Source of the DNA: Psammoneis japonica
Lineage: Eukaryota
Assembly (NCBI GenBank): GCA_008632985.1
Contig: QPGO01000320.1
Location: forward strand, 1-55,866
Length of the DNA stretch: 55,866 bases
Direction of reading: 5' to 3'
Shown: piece after piece, positions 14,099 to 26,781 of the stretch
Numbering within the stretch: the stretch's first letter is position 1
Layout of the letters: every line of letters begins with the position of its first letter
The notes under the pieces: generated by a model
Databases searched by the model: none
Told to the model about the DNA's origin: nothing
Seen by the model: only the letters and a program-made list of their open reading frames with translations
Translations under genes and position numbers: made by a program

Positions 14099-17000
14099 AT
14101 GACACAGACGTAAGTCTTCAAAAGCCTTCCTTCGAGGAAGCGTGGCCTCCAAATGAGGGGTGACACCCCTTCGTCTACAGTCAATCCCGCTGCTCAGCAG
14201 TGGACCCAGTCATTGTCAGGAAGAAGTTACACCCCTCCCTCTGCTGCCATTGACTGCACCAGATTGTCTTCGAATGACCCTGTTGGTGATCCACTGCTCC
14301 CCAAATCATCTGGACACACAAGATTATGTGCGTTCAACGCTGGTGGCTGTTCATTTGATCACCGTGGTGGTGACATTAATGGTCACACACAAGTGGCCAC
14401 GGAAATTCAAGCTGATGTCACAGGCGTCTCCGAGACATGATTGGACACTGCACAATTCCAAGTTCGGCACAGCTGCACGGCAGCGGTAAAAAGAGGCTTG
14501 CATCATGGCAGAATCACCTGTTCATCATCAAAGACTCCCTTCTCCACTCCTTGTAAACCAGGTGGCACCACTCTCACATCTTGCAACTCTCTATCCGCGA
14601 GGCATCGAACACAATACGAAGATCCATCAGGTCACTGGTCCATGCAGATCTTTGACGGAAAGCACGGCCGACAGGTTGTGTTTGTTTCGTGTTGCAGAGT
14701 GTGTTCTAACTCGTCGTCCATTGCAGGCAAAACAACTGCATGTGCTCAACAAGCAGCACTTCCTCAGTCAACAAGGCCAGCAAATCCAGATCCCCGGCAA
14801 GCATTCTGTGCTGATCTGACACGCATTCTTGAATGCTTTCGAGATAAACCAAATTGGGAAGTGATTCTGGCAGGCAATTTTAACACAGACTTCCGTCACG
14901 ATTCCAACACTCTCGCATCTGTGGCCCAACGATTCAACATGTCGGATGTCATGCATCACAAGCATGAAGACTTTGATTTTTCTACCAGTGTGTGAGGCTC
15001 CAGACGTTTGGATTATGTGCCAGCGACCCCCGGTGCTTTAGCGGTGGTACGGCACTGTGGACATGAACCATTCGGATGTCGCATGTCTTCGGATCACCGC
15101 ACCTGTTTCGTGGATTTCGATGCAGTCGCCCTGTTTGGCAGTCTGTCAGTTGATTTACCAAGACCAAAGTTCCAGGATCTCCAAGCATCGTCTCCCAAGC
15201 ATGTCACCACGTATCTTGAAGCAATGGATCCCTTGATTGCCAGTAGAAACATTCTGGATCGTGCAACAGCCCTGTTTCAATCTGACACTCCCAACCACAG
15301 CCTTGCCGAGCAACTTGACCGTGATGTGACCCAATTCTCCCCAGCAGCAGCCAGCAATGCAAACGTCACAAAGAGCCAGAATGGTCCATCAAACTTGCCG
15401 ATCTTTGGAAACAAGTTTTGTGTTATCCCAATGATGTCAATGTTCCGCAATCGCAAGGACATGGCACCTTTGGTTCTTCGAGAGAAACATAAAATCTCTT
15501 CTTCCTTTCTCCTTCCCACGATGATCCAAGAATGTTCCGCTGCTTTACGCCGTGCTAGATCCGAATGCTGACAGATCACTAGAGAGAGCCAGAAACACCG
15601 TGATTCTGAACAAGACACAAAAATTGTGGAACTGGAGCTAGAAGGTGCCAAAGCGTTGAAAGCTCAGGCCAAAATTCTTCGTAATGTGCGATGTGCAGAA
15701 GAGACCAAGAGAGTCTTCAGAAAGATTAACACATGCAAGGCCAAGGAGGACTCTGGTGTTAAGACCATTCAAGTGCCAGTGAATCATCATGACAACCCGA
15801 AGACTTGCAAGCATTGGATGACAGTGGAAGCTCCGGATGATGTGGAAGCAGCATTTCAGTCCAGGAATCAACGTCATTTTGGCCAAGCCAAAGGTGCGCC
15901 ACTGACAGTCCTGCCCTTGTCAGTGGACCTGGGGTACGAAGGTAACACCATTGTGGCAGAACTTGTTTTGGATGGAGAACATGACACCAGTCAGTTGAAC
16001 CATGCGACCTCGTTGCTCATCCAGCACCTTCGTCGTCACACACCTCCAACGGTGAACAATTGTCTCTCATCTGCCGCATTGCTGTCTAAATTGAAAACGT
16101 GGTCAGAAGCAACGTCCACCTTGCTGAGATCAGGGTTGCATCTTGGACATTGGAAGGCGTTACATGCACCTCATTCACACTCTTAAGCTCAAGACGCTCA
16201 AGGCAATCCAACCCCAAAGAGATCACTCCTTGACCAGGTTCAGCAAATGTCACTCATGATTCGACTGCATCTCATTAACCACGCATTGAAATGGGGACAT
16301 TCGTGTGACCGCTGGAAAGACATCGTCAACGTGATGACATTCAAAGAGCCAGGTAACAACAAAATACACCGCCTGCGCGTGATTCACATCTACGAAGCAG
16401 ATTTTCAAATCATCACAAGCGTAAAGTGGCGAGAACTGGCACAACACATGGAGCACCGCCGGATGTGTAACCCAGGCATTTATGGCTGCCGCTCTTTCCT
16501 CTCTGCCCAGACTCCTGTGTTTCTTGAAAACCTGATGCTAGAAACATCCCGAGCTTCCAGAAAGACGATGCTGACAAGCAACGATGATTGTACCTCATGC
16601 TTCAACAGGAATGTCCCCGCAATCATTGGACTTTGTTCCCGGAGTGACCGAATGGATTCACACATGGTCGAAGTTAACATGGATGCCTTGCATCATGCCA
16701 GATGCTGGCTGCACACCTTGCTGGGATTAGCCCAGCGGAGTTGTTCCCACATGGACGATTCCCCCCTCCACTGCACCGGGCATGGCAGTGGCAATTCTCC
16801 CTGGCACTGGAACACCCTTTGCAGCCGTTTGTTCGACATTTTTGACACCAAAGCAACAGGAGCACACTTCGAAACTCCTCATGGCCAATTCTTTGTCCGA
16901 GTGTACAATTGAGGATACATGGACGACACGTCTAAACAAGTCAATGACTTCTGTGCCAGTCCTCAACCTTCAGCTCTTGACCTGTCGTTCTCGACACAAC

Positions 17001-17910
17001 AGGACAATCAACTCTGGTGTGATTCACTGGACGCAGCGGGACATGAACTCGAGTCACCCAAGTGCTCCTTTCATGTGGTCGAGTGGGATTTCACTGAGTG
17101 CGGTGAGCCACACATTTGTCCATGTCATGAAGACCTTGATGTTGAGATCTTCTCCGCCAACAGGTCCACTTCCCGTTCAAGCACACAACTTTCGGCACAC
17201 ACACCGCACAAAACTCTTGGACACTACATGGCTCCAATCGGTTCACAGAAGACCCAATTAAAGAAACTCCAACACAAGAGTGACACTGCGGCCCTCTTCC
17301 TTAGATCCTGTCCCTTCAATCACATTGAAACATGGAGATGCCACCACGCCTGCCACCTTTCTTCGATGACCTACGTTCTTCCAAACTTGACCTTCCTTCC
17401 CAAAGAGTTACTTGCAGTCCAACAGAAAGACACGTGAATTATTTTTGCCAAATGTGGGTACAATCGAAGTGTGAAAAGATTCATCTTGTACGGTTCCCAA
17501 GCTCTGGGAGGCGGAGGTTTTCGATCATTGGATGTAGAGCAAGGCATTGCTCAACTACAAATGTTGCTGAAGCATTCCAGAGGAGTCACCAAATTAAATC
17601 TGGGAGAGGATCAACCGCACAAACTGCTGCACATTGCAGTGTCATGGATCCAACTGAACTCAGGAACCAGAGAAAGCTTTCTATGATGTAGATGCAGAAC
17701 TCTCGCATGTGGAATCTTGTTGGTTTGCCTCCGTTCTCCACAGAATTCAAGGAAAAGTACATTTGACTCATTCCGGCATTCTTCCCCTTCAACGTGACAA
17801 TGATCAGTGCATCATGGACATCGCACTCCAGTCCCAACTCTTCTCTCACAGAGAAGTCAGATGGACAAATTACTGTTGACTGCATCTTCAGGTGTTGTCA
17901 GTGTCGGTGG
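14099..17910 (+). pseudogene. LINE ORF2: APE endonuclease + reverse transcriptase
   Basis: APE motifs RLCAFNAGG, GVSET, ILAGNFN, RLDYV, SDHR. RT motifs KEPGNNKIHRLRVIHIYEADF, DCTSCFNR, CTGHGSGNSP, GYMDD, LESPKC, HKTLG. Confidence 0.9.
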
Positions 17911-17914
17911 TGTG

Positions 17915-19912
17915 ACGTGGTGTGAGGAACTAAGAGCACACAAGCCTGTGTGCAAAAATAAACTGCAATGCATGACAAATGATTGTGCACAACTGAAATC
18001 CTGCTCAAATCCTGTCACTCCCAATTTTGTTGGAAAGAGCCACATGAAGAAACCACATCAACATCAGACTCAGCAAAAGCACTGGGACTAAAGTTCCAGG
18101 ATACAAAAAGCAGAAATGATGGGGCAAATGGCAAAGCGCCCCTTGCACCAGGCAGCATGATGCTCGCACAACTTGGAGTGTTGGATGGCAACAAACTCAG
18201 AAGTGCAAGTCACAGCCCCAGTGGTGGTTTACTTCTTAGAGGACCAGTCGATTGGGAACTTGCAGCTTGGCCATGATCTCTGCACCCTCCAGCCCAATCT
18301 TACAATGTTGCAGCTTGAATCTTTCTAACTTGAATTGTGATGCTTTGGTGAAACTTTTCATAACTTGACATGATGAGGCTGCTTGGACATCCTGGCACCA
18401 GGTGTGATGGAGGTTTGTTGTCTCCACAATTCACTGAACACAACTTCAAGATCAAACTCACAAATCATCTCTGATCCTTGAACCAAGACTCAATGGAAAA
18501 AGGAGAAAAAAGTGCAAAGGGGGAATTGCATCAACAGAGTCACAGCACCTCTGCAAACCCTGAAGCAACTTGCATCTCCATGGTTCATTGGCAGAAACCA
18601 GACAACATGATTGAGATCTTTCACAGGATGTTTGCAAGCCAAACAGTGGTGTGGATGAACTGGGTTGTGCCAGCAAACAATCTCTCATTTGCAGGAAGCA
18701 GCTCATGGATGAACTTCATTGCAGACATGTGTCATTTCAAGTTTTGACAAGTTAGAGTGGCATGTGCTCTCTGGTCAATCACATCAGTTGTCTCTCCCAT
18801 CCATTGGCTGTGTTCTCAAATGTGCTTGAGCAAAGGAAAAACTGGTGCTGCATGTGGGATGGATGCCTTGAGCCCTGAAGTGATGGAGCTGTCTGTGACA
18901 ACAAAAGGCATGTCTGACAATTTGGAAAAGGAACAACATGAGATGTGTCCAACATGTGCTGGCCATTGCACTGTCCCACACAAGCTTGTGAGCATGAGTG
19001 TTCACTCTGGTGTTGAGTGGCAATGTCTTAACTAAAGCATGTCCACCCTGATGGCCCTTTGTCCATTAATTGGGGTGCCATGCCTGGAAACATGGGATCC
19101 AGGTGAGACTCAATCTCAACGTTTGTCCAAAATGTTTCACCCACAATGTTCTGCTCCAGAGAAAGAGAGCACATTTGCACCGTGACACCAGAGCTGGCAG
19201 TTTTGCTTTTTGAATGCAGTGTTGGCAGGATTCAAAGATGGAGGTGCAATGAACAAGTTGACAAAAATGTTCACCAGGCTTTGTCATCACAGTGGGTGTC
19301 TGCATGCCTTGGAGGCTCATCAGCTGGCAATGTTCTGACGGCCTGAAAACAAACCAGAATGCAGACAAAACTCCACCAGCTTTGGCACAGCAGAAAAAAG
19401 AAGACCGGGCATGCCAAGCCAATTGATGACCATCGTTCACAAATGTCCAACCAAATGCAGCACTGTCAGGAAGCACAGATCTGTTGCCGCCAATGGCAGC
19501 TTGATGAGAAATGAGTTGTTGCACCATTTCTGTCAACAGAACACAAAACACTGCATGAGAAAACAAGGTCCATTCCCGTTCTGGAACAGAGCACCCAACT
19601 GCTCCTTGAAAAAGTCTGGAAGAGAAAGGTGAGTTTCTGCATTGAGCTTGGAGGGAGGCAAAGCGAGCGACAAATGTGCATGGTGCATCATCAAGGGTGG
19701 CAATGCCTGCAGGAAAAGAAACATTGGAGAGTTCAGGAACTGTCCCCAACAGCTTGGTTGAAGTCACTGAGCAGCCTCAAATTGGGGGTGTGTCAAATCC
19801 TGCAGAAGCTGCTCGAATGCACACGCACACCTCAGACTGAGCTCTGTGTGCAGTTGCTTGCACACTCATCTTTGATGGAGGAAAAAGCCAGCTGCCCAAC
19901 AGAGCACAGAGA
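17915..19912 (-). mobile_element. Very old Ambal-like LINE fragment (RNase H and 3' region), left part
   Basis: Degenerate RNase H motifs on the minus strand: GGNRSVLPDSAAFGW, SFFCCAKAGGVLSA, LPLNTRVNTHAHKL. Compare SDGSV...GTFGW, SSHRAEACG and LPFPAKLNIRANKLA in the 32-34 kb copy. Confidence 0.55.
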
Positions 19913-20202
19913 CTTGCCACTTCCCTTAATTGGAGGGTTTTCGCGACCAGAGCGAAGACGGAGGATCGAGTGCTCAGAGAAGGACAGACTGCACCGAGGC
20001 GCATCCAAACCTGAACCCATGCAGACAAAGTGACCCCACCTGGAGAACGTGCAAGAGGTCTTGAGCACTCCCAGTGTCGATGAGAAGCCTTTGCACCAAA
20101 TGAGAATCCAAAAAGATGCCAATGAGACAACGAACACAAACGATTGGCTCACAAATTGTGACAGACAATGATCCAACAGAGCTCTAGATATTTTAAACCT
20201 TT
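19913..20202 (+). repeat. Split direct repeat A1
   Basis: cttgccacttccct(t/c)aattggagggttttcgcgaccagagcg...; near-identical to 28461-28750. Confidence 0.95.
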
Positions 20203-20252
20203 GCAGGGGGGTCTACAACAAATGCTATCTCTGACCGATCTTTTTCTTGTCA

Positions 20253-22820
20253 ATGACCATGACGGAAAGCAGTCCGACTGACTTGACACCTTCTGGCATT
20301 CTCGTCAAGACTGCATCCGAACGTGATTCTGACAGCGACACTGACCGGGACGAGGCACTCTCTGAGGCCTCGTCCGTGGGAAGCGTCACCATCAACGGTG
20401 TTCCTCTGACGCCTGGAGACTTTGTTGATCTAACCAGTGAGGAGGTATGCCGTGTCCTCATGACACGTGCGGTACAAGGCCAATGGGTCTGTGCCTTGCG
20501 GGCTCCCCAAGACTAGTTGCACTCGCTCCGGACATCTAACCAAATCGAATGACCCGGTGCACCGTGCGGCGGCTCGTTTCATGAGCGGCTCCCCATCACT
20601 CGCGGACCGGATAAGGACAAATCCGACGGGCGTCTCGATCGCCGCCCCGCTGGTCAACAGTCTCCGAAATGGAAGACCTCATCTCAGAACAAGAGGCCGA
20701 GATGACTCGAGTCGCCGAAGCCGCTGTCTGCGGAGATGACGAGGACGACGAAAGTCAGATACCGGAGATGATCTAGAACCTACCGCGGATGATCCTCCTC
20801 CGTCCGATGATTCTTACACTCAACCACTCTTCCAGACTGTTGGTGACTTAGAAGCAATGCTGGACAGGGAGGTGAGGACTTACGCTGCGTGACTTTGGCG
20901 GAACCAAGGCCGCTGCTCCAATGCCGACGATTCAAAACGGTGGGGAACGCAACGGAACCCCCCGCACAACTGCGGCTGCTGGGACCGACATTCCTCGTGC
21001 CCCACCCACTGCACTGAGGGCGCAACGTGGTACTGCCTCTGCCCCTCCGACATCTCCGGGAGGCGCACGCCAGGATTGGTGTGGACTCATTGAGCAGTTC
21101 ACCAATGTGCGTCGCATCTGTGGCACGATCGAAGATCTGGAGTTTGGCTCCGACAACGAGCGGAACTCTCTCAGGTTTCCCGACTCGAGCGCAGGCCGAG
21201 ATCTGGGCCCGAGCTGGTCCCACTCCTCGTCTACCGGCCCAGCCCGGAACGGTTTGGTTTGGGCTAGAAGGGCTCACGATCGGAGGCGCACGACAGTTTC
21301 AACTGTCAGGGAGCGTGCCGACGCATTAAGGGAAGGACATGTTCATCTTCACACCTTCCACTCCGAAGCAGCAGCACGAGCATGGATGGCCGCCGCTCCG
21401 ACTTCAAATTCGAACTCGGCAGCTCCGACTTCCTCGGTCCGAACTGGCCCGGCTCCCACATTCATCCACCTCCTCTACAACTCATTGCCCCCACGGTCTC
21501 CACCTTCACCCCAGACACCACTTGTTGGCATGGTCTTGAGGAACCACCTGACTCGTCTCGAGTCATCTGCGGCACCGAGGTAGAACGAGAGGGACTCGTG
21601 CGGAATGGCACTGCCTGGGTTCGTGTTTTCGACGACAACATTGCTGCAGTGGCATGGCTCACCGAGCGAGGTGAACCGACTCCAGCACCGAGCACAATCC
21701 ACACACACCTGTCACCGACACGCCGCCTCCTCCTCCTGTCGAGGATGTCGCCCCGGTTAGTGGACCACGTGAACTACAACAACACTGTGATCGGTGCCGC
21801 GGAGATGATCCTTCTGTCGGAGATGAGACACGGATCTATGGAGAAAGCGTCACGGACGTGACAGCCATCGAGGCGGCTCATGTCCCCGGGTTTAGATCCT
21901 CAAGAACGAGGCGATTTTTTGACGAGAGCTTGGATGTTACAGCACTCCCAGGTGTGTACAATGCCGACAACTACGCTGAAGTTACGGTCGGCAAGGAACT
22001 GCCGCACTGTCGTGCAACAACTTGATTGAGCAAAAGAGAACGAACGGGTCCCGACAGCATGTGGTGGTCTAAGCGAGCCCACACCCTTGGATTGATCAAG
22101 ACTCATGGCGACCTCCAGCGGATCGCAAAGAATGTGCACAAGGCTTGGAAAAATGCATGGAAGGCTCAGGCGAACCGGTGGCGGGTTTCTTGCCAATCGC
22201 CGGCACCCTGCTCCCCATGTTGACGAGTGCCTTCGGAACGGGCTTCTTCCCTGCCTTGTCCAACAGACGTTTGAGCACTTCTCAAAGTTGCTTGTGTGGC
22301 ACGGGAGTTGGTCCTAGAATCTGACGGGATGGTCACCTGGAAAGGGAGCAGGGCGGAAGCTCTGATCAAGCATCACAGCGATCGCCTCCGCACTCGCCGC
22401 TCCTATGCGGCGTCCTGTTGTGCCTTCATCCTGGAAGCGTGCATTTACTTGCGTGATGCAGCCATCAAGCGGGAGTTCAGACACGAAGCCATGTATGATG
22501 ACTTGTGGGAACGCTTCCACGAGGTCGAGCAGAAAGTGGAACGGAGAAGTCTGCAGAAACCGCCAGTGCTAACTCCATCAAACGCTGTGGATGGTGCCAC
22601 CGTGTTAACTTCCATGCCGGCGGCAAGGAGAATTGTCCGGGAAAGGAGCTGGGAGCCAGTCCCGCCCGGAAGCTCTTCAGGGGTGTCCCAAAGACCGTTG
22701 GACTGGCAAAGGCCAAGCAGGCTGCCACAGACCTCGCCGCCTGCATTGCGGCGATGCTGGGGCTGACGTGGACGAGTTGGTCAAGGATGTTTGCCAGGCG
22801 CAATTTGGCATGGAATAACT
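20253..22820 (+). pseudogene. gag-like ORF of the YR element
   Basis: Frameshifted ORF after A1. N-terminal Cys cluster (CRVLM...VCALR/CGLPKTSC), three W-x-GL...F...A..W modules, and a C-terminal knuckle CGWCHRVNFHAGGKENCP. Confidence 0.6.
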
Positions 22821-22899
22821 GCTCCCCGGGTGTGCAGTGTTGCATTTTAACAGTCATTCGTTTCTCATGCCCTGTTGTGTGTGTTGCTGCTCCTGCCAT

Positions 22900-25800
22900 G
22901 TGGGTGAAATGCAACCCAGCAGCACACAAATAGAGGAACATGACACCATCGCAACACTCGAGGAACAGGGTACGGAGGGGTGCCCCTCTCTACAGGGTGC
23001 CTCAACGTGCATCACTTCGACGGGCATGCCCTTGGAGCCATCCAAGGGACACCGCTCACCGCCGTGGGCCAAGGGGACCATGCCAGACCCATTGTGCGGG
23101 AACGACGTGAAGGGACTTCCCTCTACAGGAGTCCTGATCTGACTTCAGGTTGGAGTGCGAGCCGGACCAGGCAAAGCCAGTGCCGATCCGTGGATCACCT
23201 CCTGTGGAACGGTGAACTGCGGAGCGGAGACCATGCGACTGCCTGGCCCCGCCTCGAGCAGGTTCGCCGTACGAGATTTCCAGTGGTCGACCAACGAGCA
23301 AGATGCCCGAAGTTCTGAACGGGCCACGAATGGGAACTTGAGCACTCACCAAGCACCCGGTGGACCTGCCAGTTGTGGAGCGAGGCCGAATCCACAAACC
23401 TCGGTAGCAGCCTATGGCCGAACCTTGGGAAGGAGTGGTGGGAGCCCTCCTGAACCTGGCCGACCAAAGGCAGGTCGAGAGTTGGATCTCCACCACTGTC
23501 ACTTGGGAAAATGGCCCAACAGGAAAAGCGCACGGACTCGGTGGCACAACCTCAGATGCGACTCCCGTTTCCGACGGGCACAAAGTGCTGAGGTCGGTGG
23601 GGCGGTTGATCAAGACAGGTTGCTCTGGTGCGGGTGCAGAGTGACGTTGCTCATCGTTGGACGTGGGGCGCCATGCAATGCGGCGAGAGCCCACGTCCCA
23701 TGAGCAACCTGCTCACCCCACCTGGTTTGGTTCCACGGTCTCGAGAAGTCCCACCTAGGGGCGCACTATTCACGACCCCACCTTTGAACCGATGCCCAAC
23801 CCATGGGGCGTGGCTCAAGACTTCACGTGGGATCCGGCACCTCCTCCGAGAGGAAATGGGACGAGGCCCAGGCATGCCAAAGGACTGGAATGGCCTGACC
23901 GCCACTCACGATCTGCGCTGCACCACGAGCCTTTGCCACTGGGAACACCTGGACACAGTTTCACTCTAGAAACGGCCGACGAGCAATGGCCACTTAAACT
24001 GCTCAAACCGAGCACTGCTTGGGATCTGCCTCGGCCCACGACCACCGAACCCGATGTTGACGTCGGGCCGCAATGTGCCTGGCGGCCCCCTGATCTACGT
24101 GAAGGAGGGCCGTGGAACCTAGAACGGATCAAGACCCTGCGGGTGGCTGCAGCAACCCATCCAGAGCAGCCCAAGATGACCCGATGAAGGACGGATTGGA
24201 AGCTTACGGATCCACCGTGACAACTACAATGAGTTGGGACCGGATCTCACTGATTGCAGATCCTGTGGTGGGAATTCCTTCCGGAACATTGGGGCGCCTT
24301 GCGAGAAGGAAATCGGATGAACTTCCTGCAAGAACCAGTTGCAAATGTCCATCCCAACTCCCCAATGGACTCGGATCAGTGGAGATTGCCACCCAATTGT
24401 GGATGAACTGTGTGACATCGGGGCTCTGGGCACTCCTCCGGACCCCCAGAAGATCCTGACGGCCACTCCTCTTTTCTGTGTTCTGAAACCTGGGCAACCC
24501 GGGCAATGGCGTGTGATCACCGATGTGAGGAGTGGAGGTCAAAATGACATCATCGGCACAGACCGGTTTGCTTGCCACGGGTCACCACATCCTTGATTTG
24601 ATGCATGCAGGTGGACACACGGCGGTTGTGGATGCTTCCAAGTTCTTCCACCAGTTTTGCACTCATCCCGACGACCGACCATGGCTGGGTCTGGTGCATC
24701 CCCTCAACCAAGAGCTTCTGGAATGGACGGTTTGCCGATGGGCGCCGCAACCTCCCCTGGCTACGGTGGTCGGCAAGGATTGGCTTTTCTTCGCAAACTC
24801 AGGGAAATCGGACCAGAGCACTTTGGTTCCACTCCCCGAGCTAACTGCTGGTGGAAGGAATGGAGGTTCGCGATGCGCGACCCTGTTTGGGTCACGGCTT
24901 GGCACTTGTGGCAGGGATGGGCATCCGGGACTTCGGATTTGGGCCTTCGTTGACGATTTTGCCATTCACGGCCCACCTGTGCAGACCTGTGACGGACTAC
25001 ACTGTTCTTTGACGAAGCCGTCAAGGTTGGACTGCTGTGCAACCCCGTCAAGTGCAATCCACCCTCGCAAGTGGCTGAGTGCTGTGGGTTTCTCTTCAAC
25101 ACCACCAGCATCCCCATGCTCAGATTCCCATGAACAAACGTGAACGTGCTCACGCTGTGATCCAGCATCTACTGGGGCGACCAGAGGGATGGCATCATTC
25201 CCGTCTAGCCTTGGCGGTGGTTGCTGGCACGTTGGAGTCTCTGGCCGAGGCTGCGCCCTTCCGTCTCGGGCACACATCTGCGCCGCCTCCATTCCATTGT
25301 CTGGCCACCTGGCCTTGGGACTGGAGCTGATCCCACTGTGCCAGAGCGATGCTCCCGAATGAGGTCCGTGAGGACCTTCTGTGGTGGGATGCCATCTTCG
25401 AGTCGGAGGAGGATGATGCACGCGGTCGAGTCGATCCACAACACTCGTTCCCAGCTGGGGAGACGGCAGCGGCACTGGAACCGGCGGAACCATTTCTGTA
25501 CCTGATGCCCCACTCCGAATGTGGATGGGTCAGTGGGATCCTGTCGTCCACTCCTTCTCCTCAAACTGGAAGGAATTGAAGACATTGCTTGTCACGCTCC
25601 AAGCGTTGAAGCGGGAAGCGGCTAGTTCTGTGAGAGGGACGACGATTTTCTATTTCACGGACAACTCCACACTCACTGGATTGCCGCTGCTGGCTCCTCG
25701 TCCTCCCCCGGACTACATGCCCTCATTGAGGCCATGCGAATGCTCGAACTCGAGTTGGAATGTAACCTCCAGGTCATTCACGTTCGACGCGTTCCAGCCC

Positions 25801-26781
25801 CAGGTGGGAGCTCGTAGCACTGACGTGGGACAACAATGATTTTTATCATCCGTCGTATGTTTCGTACGTAGATTTCTACGTGTGACATTAAAAAAAATTG
25901 TCCAGACTCGCTGTTTTGCGAAGCCCAGAGTTTTGTGTGACAAATTTATAGAAACAACAATGCGCCAGTTACATTCTTCAATGTCTGAAGAATGTAACTG
26001 GCCAAGTAAAAAATGATGCACTTCAATCATGTGCGAGTTTGTGCATTCGCAAAATTGCCTCATTTTCTGTTGGCGATCATTGACATTTTAATCACCGCAC
26101 AATTTTACTGCGGAGCTCGCACGTAGAAGTCTACGGGCCCAATGTCACACGGATTCCCACCTACGTCTGGAACGCGTCGTTCCTGGGGTTGTCATGATTC
26201 ATCAAGGAATGGACGGGTTGAGTCGTGGTGTGTGGGCCACCATCCTCCACGATTTGGCGGATCAACGGCAACTCACGTCGGCCGTTTTCCGCCCTTTAAC
26301 ACCCGACACTGACATGGCAGACCATGTGGCGAGACTGTTGGGCCACAGTGCTTGGCGACTTCAGCCCTGGGATTCGGTTTGGGACTCGCGTGAGATGTTC
26401 AACCAACTCTCCGTCTGGTTCCCGCCCCCTGAACTTGCTCGTCAGGCGATCACCTTCATGCTGACCACATGGGTCGAAATGCCCCTCACTGCATCTGCCC
26501 TGTTTTTCATCCCTCGTGTCATCCCGGCCTTCTGGCACGGGCTCTCACAACACATGCAAGAACTCCTGATGATCCGGCCTGTCGAACCGTGGACGCCTTT
26601 GCGTCATCCTCCTGCGGTGCCAATTTCCATCATCATTCTGTACATTCCTCCTCACACTTGGATGCTGCCGACTCCTCGTGAACACAGGGTGGGGCGCTTT
26701 TCCCAAACTCGAGATTGCCAGTGGCACCACGAACAGGCTGAGTTGCTGCGCAGGTTGCAACCGCGGCGCCTCGACTTGTGA
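22900..26781 (+). pseudogene. RT/RNase H ORF of the YR element (interrupted by a MITE)
   Basis: ATPLFCVLKPGQPGQWRVITD, VVDASKFFHQF, GLPMGAATSP, WAFVDDF. RNase H motifs SSNWKELKT, YFTDNS and IHV|PGVVMIHQGMDGLSRG, the last split by the MITE. Confidence 0.9.
25786..26178. mobile_element. MITE (family A), copy 2, 393 bp, 4-bp TSD GTTC
   Basis: TIRs GACGCGTTCCAG...CTGGAACGCGTC, extending imperfectly to AGGTGGGA/TCCCACCT. Flanked by gttc (25782-25785 and 26179-26182). Removing it restores the RNase H codons cac-gtt-cct-ggg (HVPG). Confidence 0.92.

Larger units (their letters stand above)
12290..17910 (+). mobile_element. Ambal-like non-LTR retrotransposon (LINE), 3'-truncated, decayed
   Basis: ORF1 followed by an ORF2 with APE endonuclease and RT motifs. 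The sequence ends shortly after the post-RT INYC*LHLQV motif. Confidence 0.85.
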
